Below, piece after piece: positions 37,690 to 49,618 of a stretch of DNA of 64,000 nucleotides. The notes below the pieces were generated by a model that ran no database searches, was not told the origin of the DNA, and was given only the letters and a program-made list of their open reading frames with translations. The stretch comes from Malacoraja senta (lineage: Eukaryota), in assembly GCA_038087875.1 (NCBI GenBank), contig CM075995.1, positions 2,854,001-2,918,000 of the forward strand. The letters are read 5' to 3'. The translations under genes and the position numbers were made by a program. The stretch's first letter is position 1, and each line of letters begins with the position of its first letter.

Positions 37690-38260
37690 TAGCATCATAG
37701 CATGGAAACAGGCCCTACAGCCCAACTTGCCCACACCAACTAACATGCCCCATCTACACTAGACCCACCTGCCTGCTTTTGGTCCATATCTCTCTAAACC
37801 TGTCCTATCCATGCACCTGTCTAAATGTTTCTTTAATAGTACCTGCCCCAACTACCTCCTTCGGAAGCTTGTTCCATAGACCCTCCGCCCTTTGTGTACA
37901 AAAGTTACCTCTTATGTTACCATTAAATCTTTCCTTCCTCACTTTAAACTTAAGTCCTCTGGTTCTCGATTTTTCTACTCTGAGCATCCGATCTATTCCT
38001 CTCATGATTTTGCACACCTCTATAAGATCACCCCTCGTCTCCCTGTGCTCCAAGGAATAAAGCCCGAGCCTGCACAACCTCTCCCTATAGCTCAGGCTCT
38101 CGAGTCCTGGTAACATCTTTGTAAATATTCTCTGCACCCTTTGCAGCTTGACACCGTCATTCCTTTTATATGGTGACCAAAACATACCAAAATACTCTAA
38201 ATGTGGCCTCACCGACGTCTTCTATAACTGTAACATGGCCTCCCAACTTCTATACTCAAC
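37690..38260 (-). mobile_element. CR1 3' fragment
   Basis: RPHLEY..FWSPY..LQRVQRIFTKMLPGL..LSYRERL..LGLYSLE. Confidence 0.85.
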
Positions 38261-38261
38261 C

Positions 38262-38640
38262 TAGACACAAAAAGATTGAGTAACTCAGCGGGACCGGCAG
38301 CATCTCTGGAGAGAAGGAATGGATGACGTTGCTGGTCGAGCCCCTTCATCAGACTCGAAAGGTCTCCCATTCCTTCTATCTAGAGATGCTGCCTGTCCCG
38401 CTGAGTTACTCCAGCTGTTTGTGTCTACCTTCAGTTTAAACCGGCATCTGCAGTTCCTTTGTATACTCAACGCTCTGACTGATGATAATACTCTGACATC
38501 CACTCAGTCTGAGGAAGGGTCTCCACCCGAGACGTCACCTGTTCCTTCTATCCAGAGATGCTGCCTGTCCCGCTGAGTTGCTCCAACATTTTGTGTCTAC
38601 CTTTGGTTTAAACCAGCATCTGCAGTTCCTTCCTACACAT
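38262..38640. mobile_element. Penelope-derived palindromic and tandem units with hammerhead-like motifs
   Basis: GAGTAACTCAGCGGGAC...GTCCCGCTGAGTTACTC arms; CTGAGGAAGGGTCTCCACCCGAGACGTC at ~38509. Confidence 0.65.
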
Positions 38641-38910
38641 CAGGGAAGACAGTCCGTAAAGTGCTACAGAATGTTGTTTGTTAAGGATCTTTCTCACAAA
38701 ATGAAGCTGGCTGACCTCAGGGAAATTTTCAAGCATCCCATCGACATTAGAATTCCTGGCTCTCGGGTTGGCCAAGAATGAAATGGCGAGAGCCATCAGC
38801 TCTGGAACAGACCCAAAGTACTGCAGTGAAGAGCTGAATCAGAACTTTCCATGTTTTGCGTGATTCATTCGAAATGATTTTATTTTTGATAGGAGCAGAA
38901 TTAAGTCATT

Positions 38911-39797
38911 CAATTCAATTCAATTCAATTCAATTATTATTTATTTGTCATTTGGACAAATTTGTCATTTGGACCCCTTGAGGTCCAAACGAAATGTTGT
39001 TTCTGCAGCCATACATTACAAAACGAAGAAGACCCGAGACACAACACAATTTACACATCCATCCATCACAGCGCTGTGATGGAAGGCAAAAAACCTTATC
39101 TCTCCACTGCACTCCCCCCCCCCACCCCCCGATGTCAGAGTCAAATTCAAAGCCCCCGGCGGGCGATGGTGATTATCCCGTGGCCATTAAAGCCACGCCG
39201 GTTAATGCAAGGTCGCGCACCGGGTCTTGGTGTTAGAGCTCCGGCGCGCGCTCGCCGCGGCCATTCCAAGCCGCGCGGGGCGGTGATGTAAAGCCCCGCT
39301 CCAGGTGCTCTTCAACCCCGCAACTCGGGCGGGAGAAGTCGCCGCTGCGGAAGCCCCGAAAAGCGGTCTCCCCATAGGGACCCGTGGGCTTCCGGTGTTG
39401 CCGTCCGCCAGACCCGCGGTTGTAGCCTCCGAATCTCCGGGGGTCGGGTAGCAGCAGCAATTGTTTCCACCACAGCTCCACCCGCTCCGGACTCGGCCAG
39501 CCCCGCGACGGTGAGTAGTCCACAGCTCCGCAACTGGAGCCCCAGGTCGTTCCTGCTGGAGGCCGCTCCACGTTGCCCAGCCCCAACGACAACGGAGACC
39601 CGACAAAGAAAAGGTCGGGTCTCCTGTGCAGGGGAAAGATTTTAAAGTCCCCCCCCCCCCCACCCACCCACCACACACACACACACACATACCCCGACAA
39701 AAAAATAATAAAAACTACATAGAAACGAGACAAAAATAATAAAAAAGACAGACGGACTGCAGAGGCCGCTGCTGACGAGAGTCGCGCCGCCCACCGA
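38911..39797 (-). mobile_element. ~890-bp non-autonomous GC-rich retroelement inserted in a CR1 tail
   Basis: (TTGAA)n tail; hairpin TTTGGACC/GGTCCAAA; 3' region homologous to 5181-5353; host CR1 AGAATTAAGTCATT...GGCCCATCAAGTCTAC split. Confidence 0.75.
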
Positions 39798-40873
39798 TAG
39801 GCCCATCAAGTCTACTCTGCCATTCAATCATGGCTGATCTATCTTTCTCTCCCAACCCCATTCTCTTGCCTTCTCCCCATAACCCCTGACTCCCATTCTA
39901 ATCAAGAATCTATCTATCTATCTCTGCCTTAAAAATTACCATTGACTTGTCCTCCACAGCCTTCTGTGGCAATGAGTTCCACAGATTCACCACCCTCTGA
40001 CTAAATAAATTCCTCCTCATCTTCCTAAAGGAACGTCTTTTAATTCTAAGGCTACGACCTCTGGTCGTAGGCTCTCCCACTAGTGGAAACATCCTCTCCA
40101 CATCCACTTTATCCAGCATTGCACAAACATAAGGCAACTTCAGAGGAAACTCACTGCACTTGAGACAGCGAGTAAAATAAACGCTACAACCATTGAAAGT
40201 GCTTGCAAAGGAGTGTCAATGATCAACGTTCTGACTGAGATGACACAGATGGGTCATAATCCAAAATGTCATCTGTCCATTCCTTCCACAGATGCTCGCC
40301 TGACCTATTGAGTTCCTCCAACACCTTGCAAAAGCCTAAGCAGCTCAAGCCAAAGTCACAAGTTAGTTCCTAGGAGTCAATATCACCAGCAACTTCTCCT
40401 GGACCACTCACATCGAAATAATGGCCAAGAAAGCCCACCAACGCCTCTACTTCCTTCGAAGGCTTATGGGCCTGTCCCACTTAGGCGACTGTTTAGGCGA
40501 CTGCAAGAGACTCTGCGGTCGCCAAACGGTCGCCACATGTTGAAAAATTAGCGGCGACCAGAATGAAGCTGCTGTGGAGAGTAGCGAGAATTATCGTGCG
40601 TAGGTGGGTCGCCAGGAGGTCCTAGTGGGTTGCCAGGAGGTCGAAGGTTGTCGGAGGTTCTCGTAGGCTGTAGCCGGTGCTGACCGGTGAATTTCATTGG
40701 CTCATTGGGGAACAAAACGTAAGCAGTAGTTCTCAGAACCGGTAATGTTAATGTCTGCCGAGCTTCACAGCCGTGTATCTGTGGCTTCTCAAAAGTTGTC
40801 TCCATTTCTTCTCGGTCCTTCTCCCCCCTTCTCCCCCCTCTCCCCCGTCTCACCCCCTCTCCCCCCCTCTTTT

Positions 40874-43159
40874 TTATTGTGATATAAATTTTTATTAGAA
40901 GCAAACATATTACAATGTAGAGTAACATATTATAATGGAAGAAAAAACTTTTCATATACATCAATCACTCATACATTATTAAATTTATCAATTGTCAGTT
41001 AATTCTGCTTCTAGTGGATTTTTTTATATAGATAGAAAAAGAAAAATAAAGAGAAAGAAGAAAGAAGAGAGAGAAAGAAGAATTACAATATCAAAAAAGA
41101 AAAAGAGGTGGAATGAATAACTTATAATACGTCATAGGAGATAAGTTCGTAGGTTATGAAATATAATTACATCTAATCCTGAGTTCAAGCTTCAGTCGGG
41201 CTTTCGCGCTGGGCCACTCTATCCCTTCAAATAGGCAATGAATGGAGCCCATATTTTAACAAAAAGTTCTTGCTTGTCCATTAAGACAAGTCTAATTCTT
41301 TCTAGATGTAGGGTCTCTGACGTTTCCACAATCCACGTTTTAATTGTGGGGGTTGTAGGGCCTTTCCAGAATTTTAATATTAATTTTTTCCCTGTTATTA
41401 TACTGTAGTCAAGGAAGTTTATTTGGCTTGTTGTGAGTGTTAAACTTTGTTCTGATATCCCAAGTATTATTAATTTTGAGTCTGGAGCCAATTTGGTATT
41501 AACAACTTCAGAGATTATTTGAAAAATATCAGTCCAGTAATTTTTAATTTTTATACAATTTGCAAAGGTATGTGTTAAATTGGCCTCTAGGTGCAGGCAT
41601 TTATCACATATAGGAGAAATATGTGGGAAAATTCTATTTAGTTTTATTTTGGAATAATGTAATCTGTGTAAGACTTTAAATTGTATTAAAGCATGTCTGG
41701 CATTTAACGAACATTGATGTATATGTTGTAAACTTTCGTCCCAAATATCTTTCGTAATAGGATAACCTAACTCATTTTCCCATTTATGTCTATATAGTTC
41801 CATCGGTGGTTCCTCATTATTTAGGAGAATGTTATAAATATAAGCTATTAATTTTTCAGTGTTAGGATGCTTATTCAAACATTCATCAAGAATTTCTGGT
41901 TCCCTAGTCCTATAAACTTGTGTATTGGATTTAACATAATCTCTAATTTGTAAATATCTGAAAAAGTTATTTGAGTGTAGTCCATGATTCTGTTGTAACT
42001 CTTGAAATGACAGAAAGATGCCTTCCCTATAAAGATGTCCAATCCTTTTAATTCCATGATTTTTCCATTGTATAAAACCTCTATCCAATATGGATGGCTT
42101 GAATAGAGGATTATTTACAATGGGAAGACATAGTGGTATATTATTCAGTTTTAAAGCCTTTTTTAATTGTTTCCAAATTCGTATTCCACTATGTATTATA
42201 GGGTTTTCCTTATAGGTTTTTTTATGCAATTTTGTGGTAGCAAATATAATCGAACCTATTTCAAAAGGTAAACAGTCTTCCTTTTCCATCCTTAACCATT
42301 CTGGTTGTTGGTCCGTTTCTTCCAGCCAGAAATTCATGTTTTTAATATGGACTGCCCAAAAATAAAATAAGAAATTTGGCAAAGCCAAACCTCCGTTGCT
42401 CTTTGACTTACATAAATGTTTTTACTTATTCTATGATTCTTATAATCCCAAATAAAGCTTGTAACAATGGAGTCGACTTTTTTGAAAACGTTTTTTGGAA
42501 TATATATCGGAATTAATTGAAATAAATATAGTAGTTGCGGTAAGAAAATCATTTTTATAGCATTAATTCTACCAAGCATTGAAATAGGAAGTGTTTTCCA
42601 GTACTGAATATGTTTGTGTAATTTATTAAGTAAGGATGGAAAATTTTGTTTAAATAAAGAGGTATATGTCTTAGTTACATAGATTCCTAAATATTTAAGT
42701 TTATCTTTAACTATTTTAAAAGGGGATTGTTGTATTGTATTTAAGTTGAATTTTGTTATTGGCATAATTTCACTTTTATTCCAATTAATCCTATATCCTG
42801 AGAACTGACCAAATTGTGTTATTAGATTTAATAGATTTGGAATACTAGTTTCTAACTTTGTAATATATATTAATACATCATCTGCATATAAGGACATTTT
42901 ATTCCTTGTATCTCTAGTGTTGTATCCATGTATTCCTGGATGGTTTCTAACGCTTTCTGCTAATGGTTCAATTGCAAGAGCAAATAATAGTGGGGATAGT
43001 GAACATCCTTGTCTACAACCTCTAGAAAGATTAAATTTGGCTGATAACATTTGATTTGTTAATATTCTAGCTGTTGGATTAGAGTATAACAATTTAACCC
43101 ATGTACAGTACTTCTCTCCCAATTGAAATTTTTTCATTACCGAAAATAAATATGTCCAT
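40874..43159 (-). mobile_element. L1-clade LINE, 5'-truncated (RT and C-terminal zinc-binding region, one frameshift)
   Basis: RGCRQGCSLSPLLF, LYADD, KYLGI, CDKC..LTHTFANC; TSD TCCCCCCCTCTTTT (40860-40873, 43160-43173) at a TTTT/AA site. Confidence 0.93.
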
Positions 43160-43200
43160 TCCCCCCCTCTTTTAAAGGACTTACCGTACACTGTGCTTAA

Positions 43201-43894
43201 AGGGCCTGTCCCACTTACGTGTCATTGGCACGCAAATTACGCGACCTCGTGGTCGCGTTGAGGCGCATGGGCATTGTATGGCCGCGCGTGGCGGGTCCCA
43301 CTGAGAAGCGTGGAGGGGTATGTAGTTGTGCGCGACATCGCGCGGGGCTCCGAAATTTTTGTAGCGAACAAAATCTTCGCGCGCCAACGGCCTGTCACGG
43401 AACTGACGGCCAAAGTGGGACAGGCCCAAGACCCTGGCGCGACGCAACGTCTCACCTTCAACAGCAGCAGAAGCAGGCAAACGATCGCCGAACTTGGCCT
43501 GGGGCTCACGGCCGTTGCGGTCCGGATCCACCCCCACTTCTACTCCCAGAGCGGGGCCAAGAAAATTGAAGATAGACACAAAATGCTGGAGTAACTCAGC
43601 GGGACCGGCAGCATCTCTGGAGAGAAGCAATGGATGACGTTTCGGGCCAAGACCCTTCTTTTCAGACTGAAGAAGAGTCTCGACACGAAACATCACCATT
43701 GCTTCTCTCCAGAGATGCTGCCGGTCCCGCTGAGTTACTCCAGCTTTGTGTCAATCTTCAAATGACGTCACGACCTCCAGACGGCTGTGCGTACGCATGA
43801 AATCGCGCCCGACCTTCGCGGGACCATCGGGGCTCAACGCGACCACGTGGTCGCATAATTTGCATGCCAAGGACACGTAAATGGGACAGGCCCT
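43201..43894. mobile_element. Second Harbinger-like MITE nested in the first; contains a palindromic Penelope-derived unit (43566-43762)
   Basis: ~65-bp imperfect TIRs starting AGGGCCTGTCCCACTTACGTGTC. Confidence 0.8.
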
Positions 43895-44169
43895 TTCGCC
43901 GTCAAATTATAGCGGCAACCTTCCTGTTCTTCGCGGTGTGTGTCTGTATCACATTGGCTTTACGCAGCATTAATTTCACTCAGACAGCGCTCCCCCCACT
44001 TGCCCTGTCCCCTGCCTGCATAACGGGCTGGTGAAGGAAGAGATGTGTTTGTGTGTGTGTCCCACTCTGACAGTCGCCATTCCAGTTGCCGTTTTATCAG
44101 GCGACTGCCGGTAACTTGACAGTCGCCGGCAGTCATCAAAAAAATCGCCTAAGTGGGACAGGCCCATTT

Positions 44170-44810
44170 GGAAGTTTGGCATGTCCCCAACATCTCTCGC
44201 CAACGTCTACAGAGGCGTCGTAAATTAGTATTTTATCGGGATGCATCATAGCATGGTTTGGGAACAGCTCCATCCAAGACCGCAAGAAATCGCAGAGAGT
44301 TGTGGACGCAGCCCAGACCATCACACAAACCGACCTCCCTTCCATTGACTCCATCTACACTTCACTCTACCTCTGCCACCAGCATAACCCAGGACGAGTC
44401 TCACCCCGGTCACTCCCTCTTCCCTCCTTCTATCCAGAGATGCTGCCTGTCCCGCTGAATTCCCTCCTCTCCCATCCTCTCCCATCAGGCAAGAAGAGGT
44501 ACAGAAGTGTGAAAACCCACTTCTCCAGATTCAGGGACATTTTTTTCCCAGCTGTTATCAGGTAACTGAACCATACTGTCAACAACTAGAAAGCAGTCCT
44601 AAGCTACTATCCACCTCATTGGAGAACCTCAGACTATCTTTGATCAGACTTTACTGGACGTTACATTCCACTAAATGTTATTCTCTTATCATGAACACTG
44701 CGGATGGCTGATGATGGTCATCATGCACAGTCTTTCCGCTGACTGGTTAGCATGCAGCAAAGAGATTTTCCCTCGGTACAGGTGACAATAAAACAAAATA
44801 AAACAAACAA
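44170..44810 (+). mobile_element. Rex1/Babar 3' fragment (continues 40365-40466)
   Basis: DAAQTITQTDLPSIDSIY...LPSGKKRYRSVKTHFSRFRD.FFPAVIR; GTGACAATAAA tail. Confidence 0.82.
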
Positions 44811-45297
44811 AGACTCATGGGTGATCACGAATGGTAACAAGCCTTGAATGCCACGGGTTCTCCGCATGGATACGATGATGGAGTGTTCCAAAGCTAGAGG
44901 ATGGCAACATGAGCAACACTAACTGGGAAAAGGGCGGAAGAAGCTGATAGAAACTAGAGGTTATGGATGAGAGCGGTTTAAAACCAACATGGACTCCCGG
45001 ACTGGACCCAGGACTGCAAGGCAATCTGAAGCCAGGGTAGAAATCAAGCTGTGACGAAGGCTGATGCTAACAAGAGCAGATGATGAAGTAATCAGAGGAA
45101 TTTTAAAGAGAACATCATTATGGTTGGAGGCGCAAGGTGCTGGTTTCGAAAGAAAACACAAAGTGCTGAAGTAATTTCGTTTTGTTTCGAGATACTGCGC
45201 GCAAACAGGCCCTTCGGCCCACAGAGTCCTCGCCGACCAGCGATCCCCACCCACTAACACTATCCTACACACACTAGGGACAATTAACAATTATATC

Positions 45298-46076
45298 CAA
45301 CGTGACCCCACCACTCGCCACATCTTCCCATCTCCCCCCATGTCTGCCTTCCGCAAAGACCGCTCCCTCCGTAACTCCCTTGTCAATTCTTCCCTTCCCT
45401 CCCATACCACCCCCTCCCCTGGTACTTTCCCTTGCAACCGCAAGAGATGCAACACTTGTCCCTTCACCTCCCCCCTCCACTCCATTCAAGGACCCAAGCA
45501 GTCGTTCCAGGTGCGACAGAGGTTCACCTGCATCTCCTCCAACTTCATCTATTGCATTCGCTGCTCTAGATGCCAGCTGATCTACATCGGTGAGACCAAG
45601 CGGAGGCTTGGCGATCATTTCGCCGAACACCTCCGGTCGGTCCGCAATAACCAACCTGAACTCCCGGTGGCTCAGCACTTCAACTCCCCCTCCCATTCCG
45701 TATCTGACCTCTCTGTCCTGGGTCTCCTCCATGGCCACAGCGAGCAACACCGTAAATTGGAGGAAATGCACCTCATATTCCGCTTGGGCAGTCTACATCC
45801 TGGGGGTTTGAACATTGAATTCTCCCAATTCTGCTAGCCCTTGCTGTCCCCTCCCCTTCATCAGCCCTCTGGTTGTCTCCTCCCCTCCCCCAGCCCTCGG
45901 GCTCCTCCTCCGCCTTTTTCCTTTTTTCCTTTCTTCTCCCCACCCCCTATCAGTCTGAAGAAGGGTTTCGGCCCGAAACGTTACCTATTTCCTTCGCTCC
46001 ATAGATGCTGCTGCACCCGCTGAGTTTCTCCAGCATTTTTGTGTACCTTCGATTTTCCAGCATCTCAGTTCCTTCT
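45298..46076 (+). mobile_element. Penelope-like element 3' fragment (GIY-YIG endonuclease and pLTR with hammerhead), inserted in a V-SINE
   Basis: PCNRKRCNTC, IYCIRC..C..IYIGETKRRL..HFAEH, VAQHFN, PGGLN; 14-bp TSD TTAACAATTATATC (45284-45297, 46077-46090). Confidence 0.92.
45950..45990 (+). ncRNA. Minimal hammerhead ribozyme motif in the Penelope pLTR
   Basis: CTGAAGA-A-GGGT-TTCG-GCCC-GAAAC-GTT: CUGANGA core, stem II, GAAA, minimal stem III. Confidence 0.6.
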
Positions 46077-46799
46077 TTAACAATTATATCTACCCAATTA
46101 ACCTACAAACCTGTGCGTCTTTGTAGTATGGTAGGAAACTGGAAGTCCCGGAGAAAACCCACTCAGGTCACGGGAGAAATGTACAAACTCCGTACAGAAA
46201 GAAAACACAACGTGCTGAAGTGATTTAGTTTTGATTAGAGATACAGCATGGAAACAGGCCCTTCGGCCCACAGTGTCCACATCGACCAGCGATCCCCGCA
46301 CATTAACACTATCCCACACACACTAGGGAAAATTTATAATTTTACCAAGCCAATTAGCCTACAAACCTGTGTGTCTTTGGAGTGTGGGAGGAAACTGGAG
46401 ATCCCGGTGAAAACCCACACAGATCACGGGGAGAAAGTACAAACTCCGTACGGACAGCACCTGTAGTCAGGATTGAACCCGGGTCTCTGGCGCTGTAAGG
46501 CAGCAACTCTACTGCAATGTCACATTGTTCTCTCCTCACCTCTCCTTAATCTTATCTGATCTTTCTTAGGTCTGATAGAGTCATAGAGTCACACAGCACT
46601 GGCCCAGCCTTTGGCCCAACTTGCCCCCGCTGACCAATATGCCCCATATACTCTAGTCTCAGCTGCCTGCATTTGGCCCATATCCTTCTAAACCTCTCCT
46701 AGTACAAATGTCTTTTAAATGTTGTTATAGCTCCTGCCTCAACTACCTCCCTCTGGCTGCTCATTCCATCATACTCACCACCCTCCTTGTGAAAAGTCT

Positions 46800-47225
46800 G
46801 AAACCAACTCTGATTCTCTCTTGATAGACCATTCTCGCCACTCTAACTGCTTGCGAGACGTGAACTCTCTTGACTTTTCTTGGCCCCTTACCTCACCCCA
46901 TCCAAAGTCCAAGCCCTTCGATCACACCCCACAGTAATCCCACCATTATCATCAAACCCGCTGACAAGGGAGGTGCCATTAGAGTCTGGCGGGATGACCT
47001 ATATCGTGCTAAGGCCAGACGCCAACTCTTGAGTACCTCCTCTTACCTACACCTTGACCATGAGCCCACAGGTTAACACCAGGCCATTTATCTCCAGAAT
47101 GAAGAACGGACCCAACCCGAAACGTCACCCGACCTTTTTCTCCAGAGATGACACCTGCCCTGTTGAGTTACTCCAGCACTTTGTGTCTACCTTTGGTACA
47201 AAACAGCATCTTCAGATCTACACGG
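46800..47225 (+). mobile_element. Decayed Penelope RT-upstream fragment and pLTR unit
   Basis: IIIKPADKGGAI.VW motif; TGAAGAACGGACCCAACCCGAAACGTC at ~47100. Confidence 0.65.
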
Positions 47226-47644
47226 CTTCTACCTTTCTTTCTTTCCTTGCAGATGCTGTCTGATTTGTGGATTATTTTTTAGCAGTTTCTGTTTTCAATT
47301 GAGAAATCAGTGGTATGGTTTTTGTTGTAACGGTAATTTCTGAGCTCAGGCAGACCTCCGCATTGTGAGAACAGTTCCTGGAACCATGTGTGAAACAGAC
47401 TTGTTGGGTTACAGCCTCGTCGCTGCATGAAAATAAATCGTTAGCATTTGAAATATCGCTCCCCCTTTAAAAATTATGTCACCGCTTCCATCTCTCTTTG
47501 CTGGTTTCAGAATTTATTCCCAGCGAATACGGGATCTGAGAGCTGCTGGGAGTGATTCATTAATAGTGCGTTGGGTTGCGGAGAGCTCAGAGACCCTGGT
47601 GCATCTGATCATCAAAGGGAAATAGTACACGGCATTTCACCACA

Positions 47645-48146
47645 GCTACGTGGCGCAGTGGTAGAGTCGCTGTCTTACAGCGCTTGCAGAGCCTGAGATG
47701 GGGTGAAGGAAAGAGCGTTCACGTCGCGGCCCTGTTTCCACCAATCTTTCCACCACCAGGCACAAGAAGCACCAAGACAGACACCATTGTATGCAGATGC
47801 TGAGAAGCGTGGTCAGCCCTGGCTGAACAGCTTCTGATCTTGTGTGTGGACTCAATAAGAAGAAGTGCCTGAGAAGAAGGGGTTCGATCCCGACTTTGGG
47901 TGCTGTCTGTGTGGAGTTTGTACGTTCTCCTCGAGACCACGTGGGTTTTCTCTGAGATCTTCTGTTTCATCCCACGCTCCAAAGACGTCCAGGCTTGTAG
48001 GTTAATTGACTTGGTATGAATGTAAAATTGTCCCTAATGTGTGTAGGGTAGTGTTAATGTGCGTGGATCGTTGGTCGGTACGGAGTCGGTGGGCCGAAGG
48101 GCCTGTTTCCGCGCTGTACCTCAAAACTAAACTGAACTAAACTAAG
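47645..48146 (+). mobile_element. V-SINE with a 168-bp insertion (47699-47866) in its tRNA head
   Basis: GCCTGAGA duplicated at 47691-47698 and 47867-47874. Confidence 0.8.
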
Positions 48147-48660
48147 CAGCTCATAATCTTCCTCCTTCCCAGATGATTCACTGGAGAGATGCCTGGCGTC
48201 TTTAACCACATCAGCTGAAGGAAGCACCAGCATACATCCTCCCCTGTCTTCTGCTAGCCATGGGAATACACCCACCAGCTTCCATCTTGTGGTTTCTCCA
48301 GAACCACAGAAGCTTATTGATGATTACCAGCACTGACTTGCATCTTCTTCCCCCTCGTATAGAATAAGCGAGAACCGATGTTTAGTTTAGTTTAGTTTAG
48401 TTTAGAGATACGGAGTGGAAACAGGCCCTTCGGCCCACCGAGTCCACACCGACCAGCGATCCCTGCACATTAACACACTAGGGACAATTTACACATACAC
48501 CAAGGCAATTAACCTAAAAACCTGTACGTCTGTGCAGTGTGCGAGGAAAACTGAAGGTCTCGGAGAAAACCCACGCGGTCAGGTGCAGAACTTACAAACT
48601 CCGTACAGTCAGCAGCCGTAGTCGGGATAAAATCTGGGTCTCTGGTGCTATAATCTCTGT

Positions 48661-48897
48661 AAAGCCCCTGTCCCACTTTCCCGAGTTACTCACGAATTCT
48701 CCCGAGTTTCCTCCTTGATTCAAACTCGGAGATGCCAGCCGTAGGAACTCGGGGCTATTTTCTTTACCCGTGGACATTTTTCAACATGCTGAAAATACGT
48801 CCCGACTTACCTGATGCCCCGAGTACCTACGGCTGGCGTTACGAGCCGCTACGAAATATCTACGGACTCCTACGGACTCGCTACGGACATTCTCCGT
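48661..48897. mobile_element. Truncated Harbinger-like MITE
   Basis: TAA|AGCCCCTGTCCCACTT terminus resembling those at 40467 and 43201; second TIR not seen. Confidence 0.55.
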
Positions 48898-48899
48898 GT

Positions 48900-49618
48900 T
48901 TGGTTCTACCTAACCTATCTCCTAAGGTTGAACGCAAACGATCTGATCAGAAACGTCATTATGGTGGAAGTCAAAAAGAACGTAGGTTCAATACACATGA
49001 TCAGGTTTGTGTTCTCAGCCCCCCTTACAAAGCAAACAAATGGGAGGTGGGAACAGTAGTTGAAGTGTGTGGTACCAGGAAGTACATGGTAGAAATTGGA
49101 GGATGTGTTAGAAGTGTGCACATAAACAATATGGTTCCAGCGAGGGATGAACAAGAGCAAAGCACAGACAAAGAAGCAGATCTGTCAGACTTTGGCATTA
49201 TTCTAAGTTCAGATGTCAGAGCAGAATCACCAAAGAAAGTAGACACAAAGGTAAATGATCCTGAACGTGACTCTCCTTTAGACCCACAACCTGACACTCC
49301 CCCTAAACCACTCAGGACATCAGAAAGAGTGCGTAAACCAGTCGTCAAGAGTAAATTCATAAAATTGTTCTTGTTTGTCTAATTTACAAGTTATGTTACT
49401 TTCTAAGGGGAGAGCAGTGTAGTGTGATGGTAACTGTAACTTTAAGTACTGATGGTATGATTTGTGATCTGATATATTCTATATCTTATCAGTCTCGTGA
49501 ATATGTGTGAGTACGCGCGGTGTACTTTTGCAAAATAAAGAAGACCCACACTGGCAACAGCGTGCACTGAAAACCTGTGCTTGTTTCTATCCACATGCTG
49601 AAGCCGTAATATCTTACA
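48900..49618 (+). mobile_element. Gypsy 3' remnant: integrase C-terminus, PPT and LTR (49418-49618)
   Basis: KWEVGTVVEVCGTRKYMVEIGG..RSVHINNM, LRTSERVRKPV; PPT AAGGGGAGAGCAG; TGTAG...AATAAA...TTACA. Confidence 0.85.

Larger units (their letters stand above)
40467..44166. mobile_element. PIF/Harbinger-like non-autonomous element (outer), inserted in a Rex1/Babar fragment
   Basis: TIRs TGGGCCTGTCCCACTTAGGCGA / TCGCCTAAGTGGGACAGGCCCA; flanks TTA/TTT; host GAAGGCTTA|GGAAGTTTGGCATG is continuous. Confidence 0.82.

Noticed and set aside
47490..47630. Possible exon after TCTCTCTTTGCTGGTTTCAG
   Set aside because: Acceptor-like only; no recognisable protein and no convincing donor.
48732..49382. 216-aa ORF as a single gene
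   Set aside because: Chance fusion of MITE sequence with a Gypsy integrase tail.
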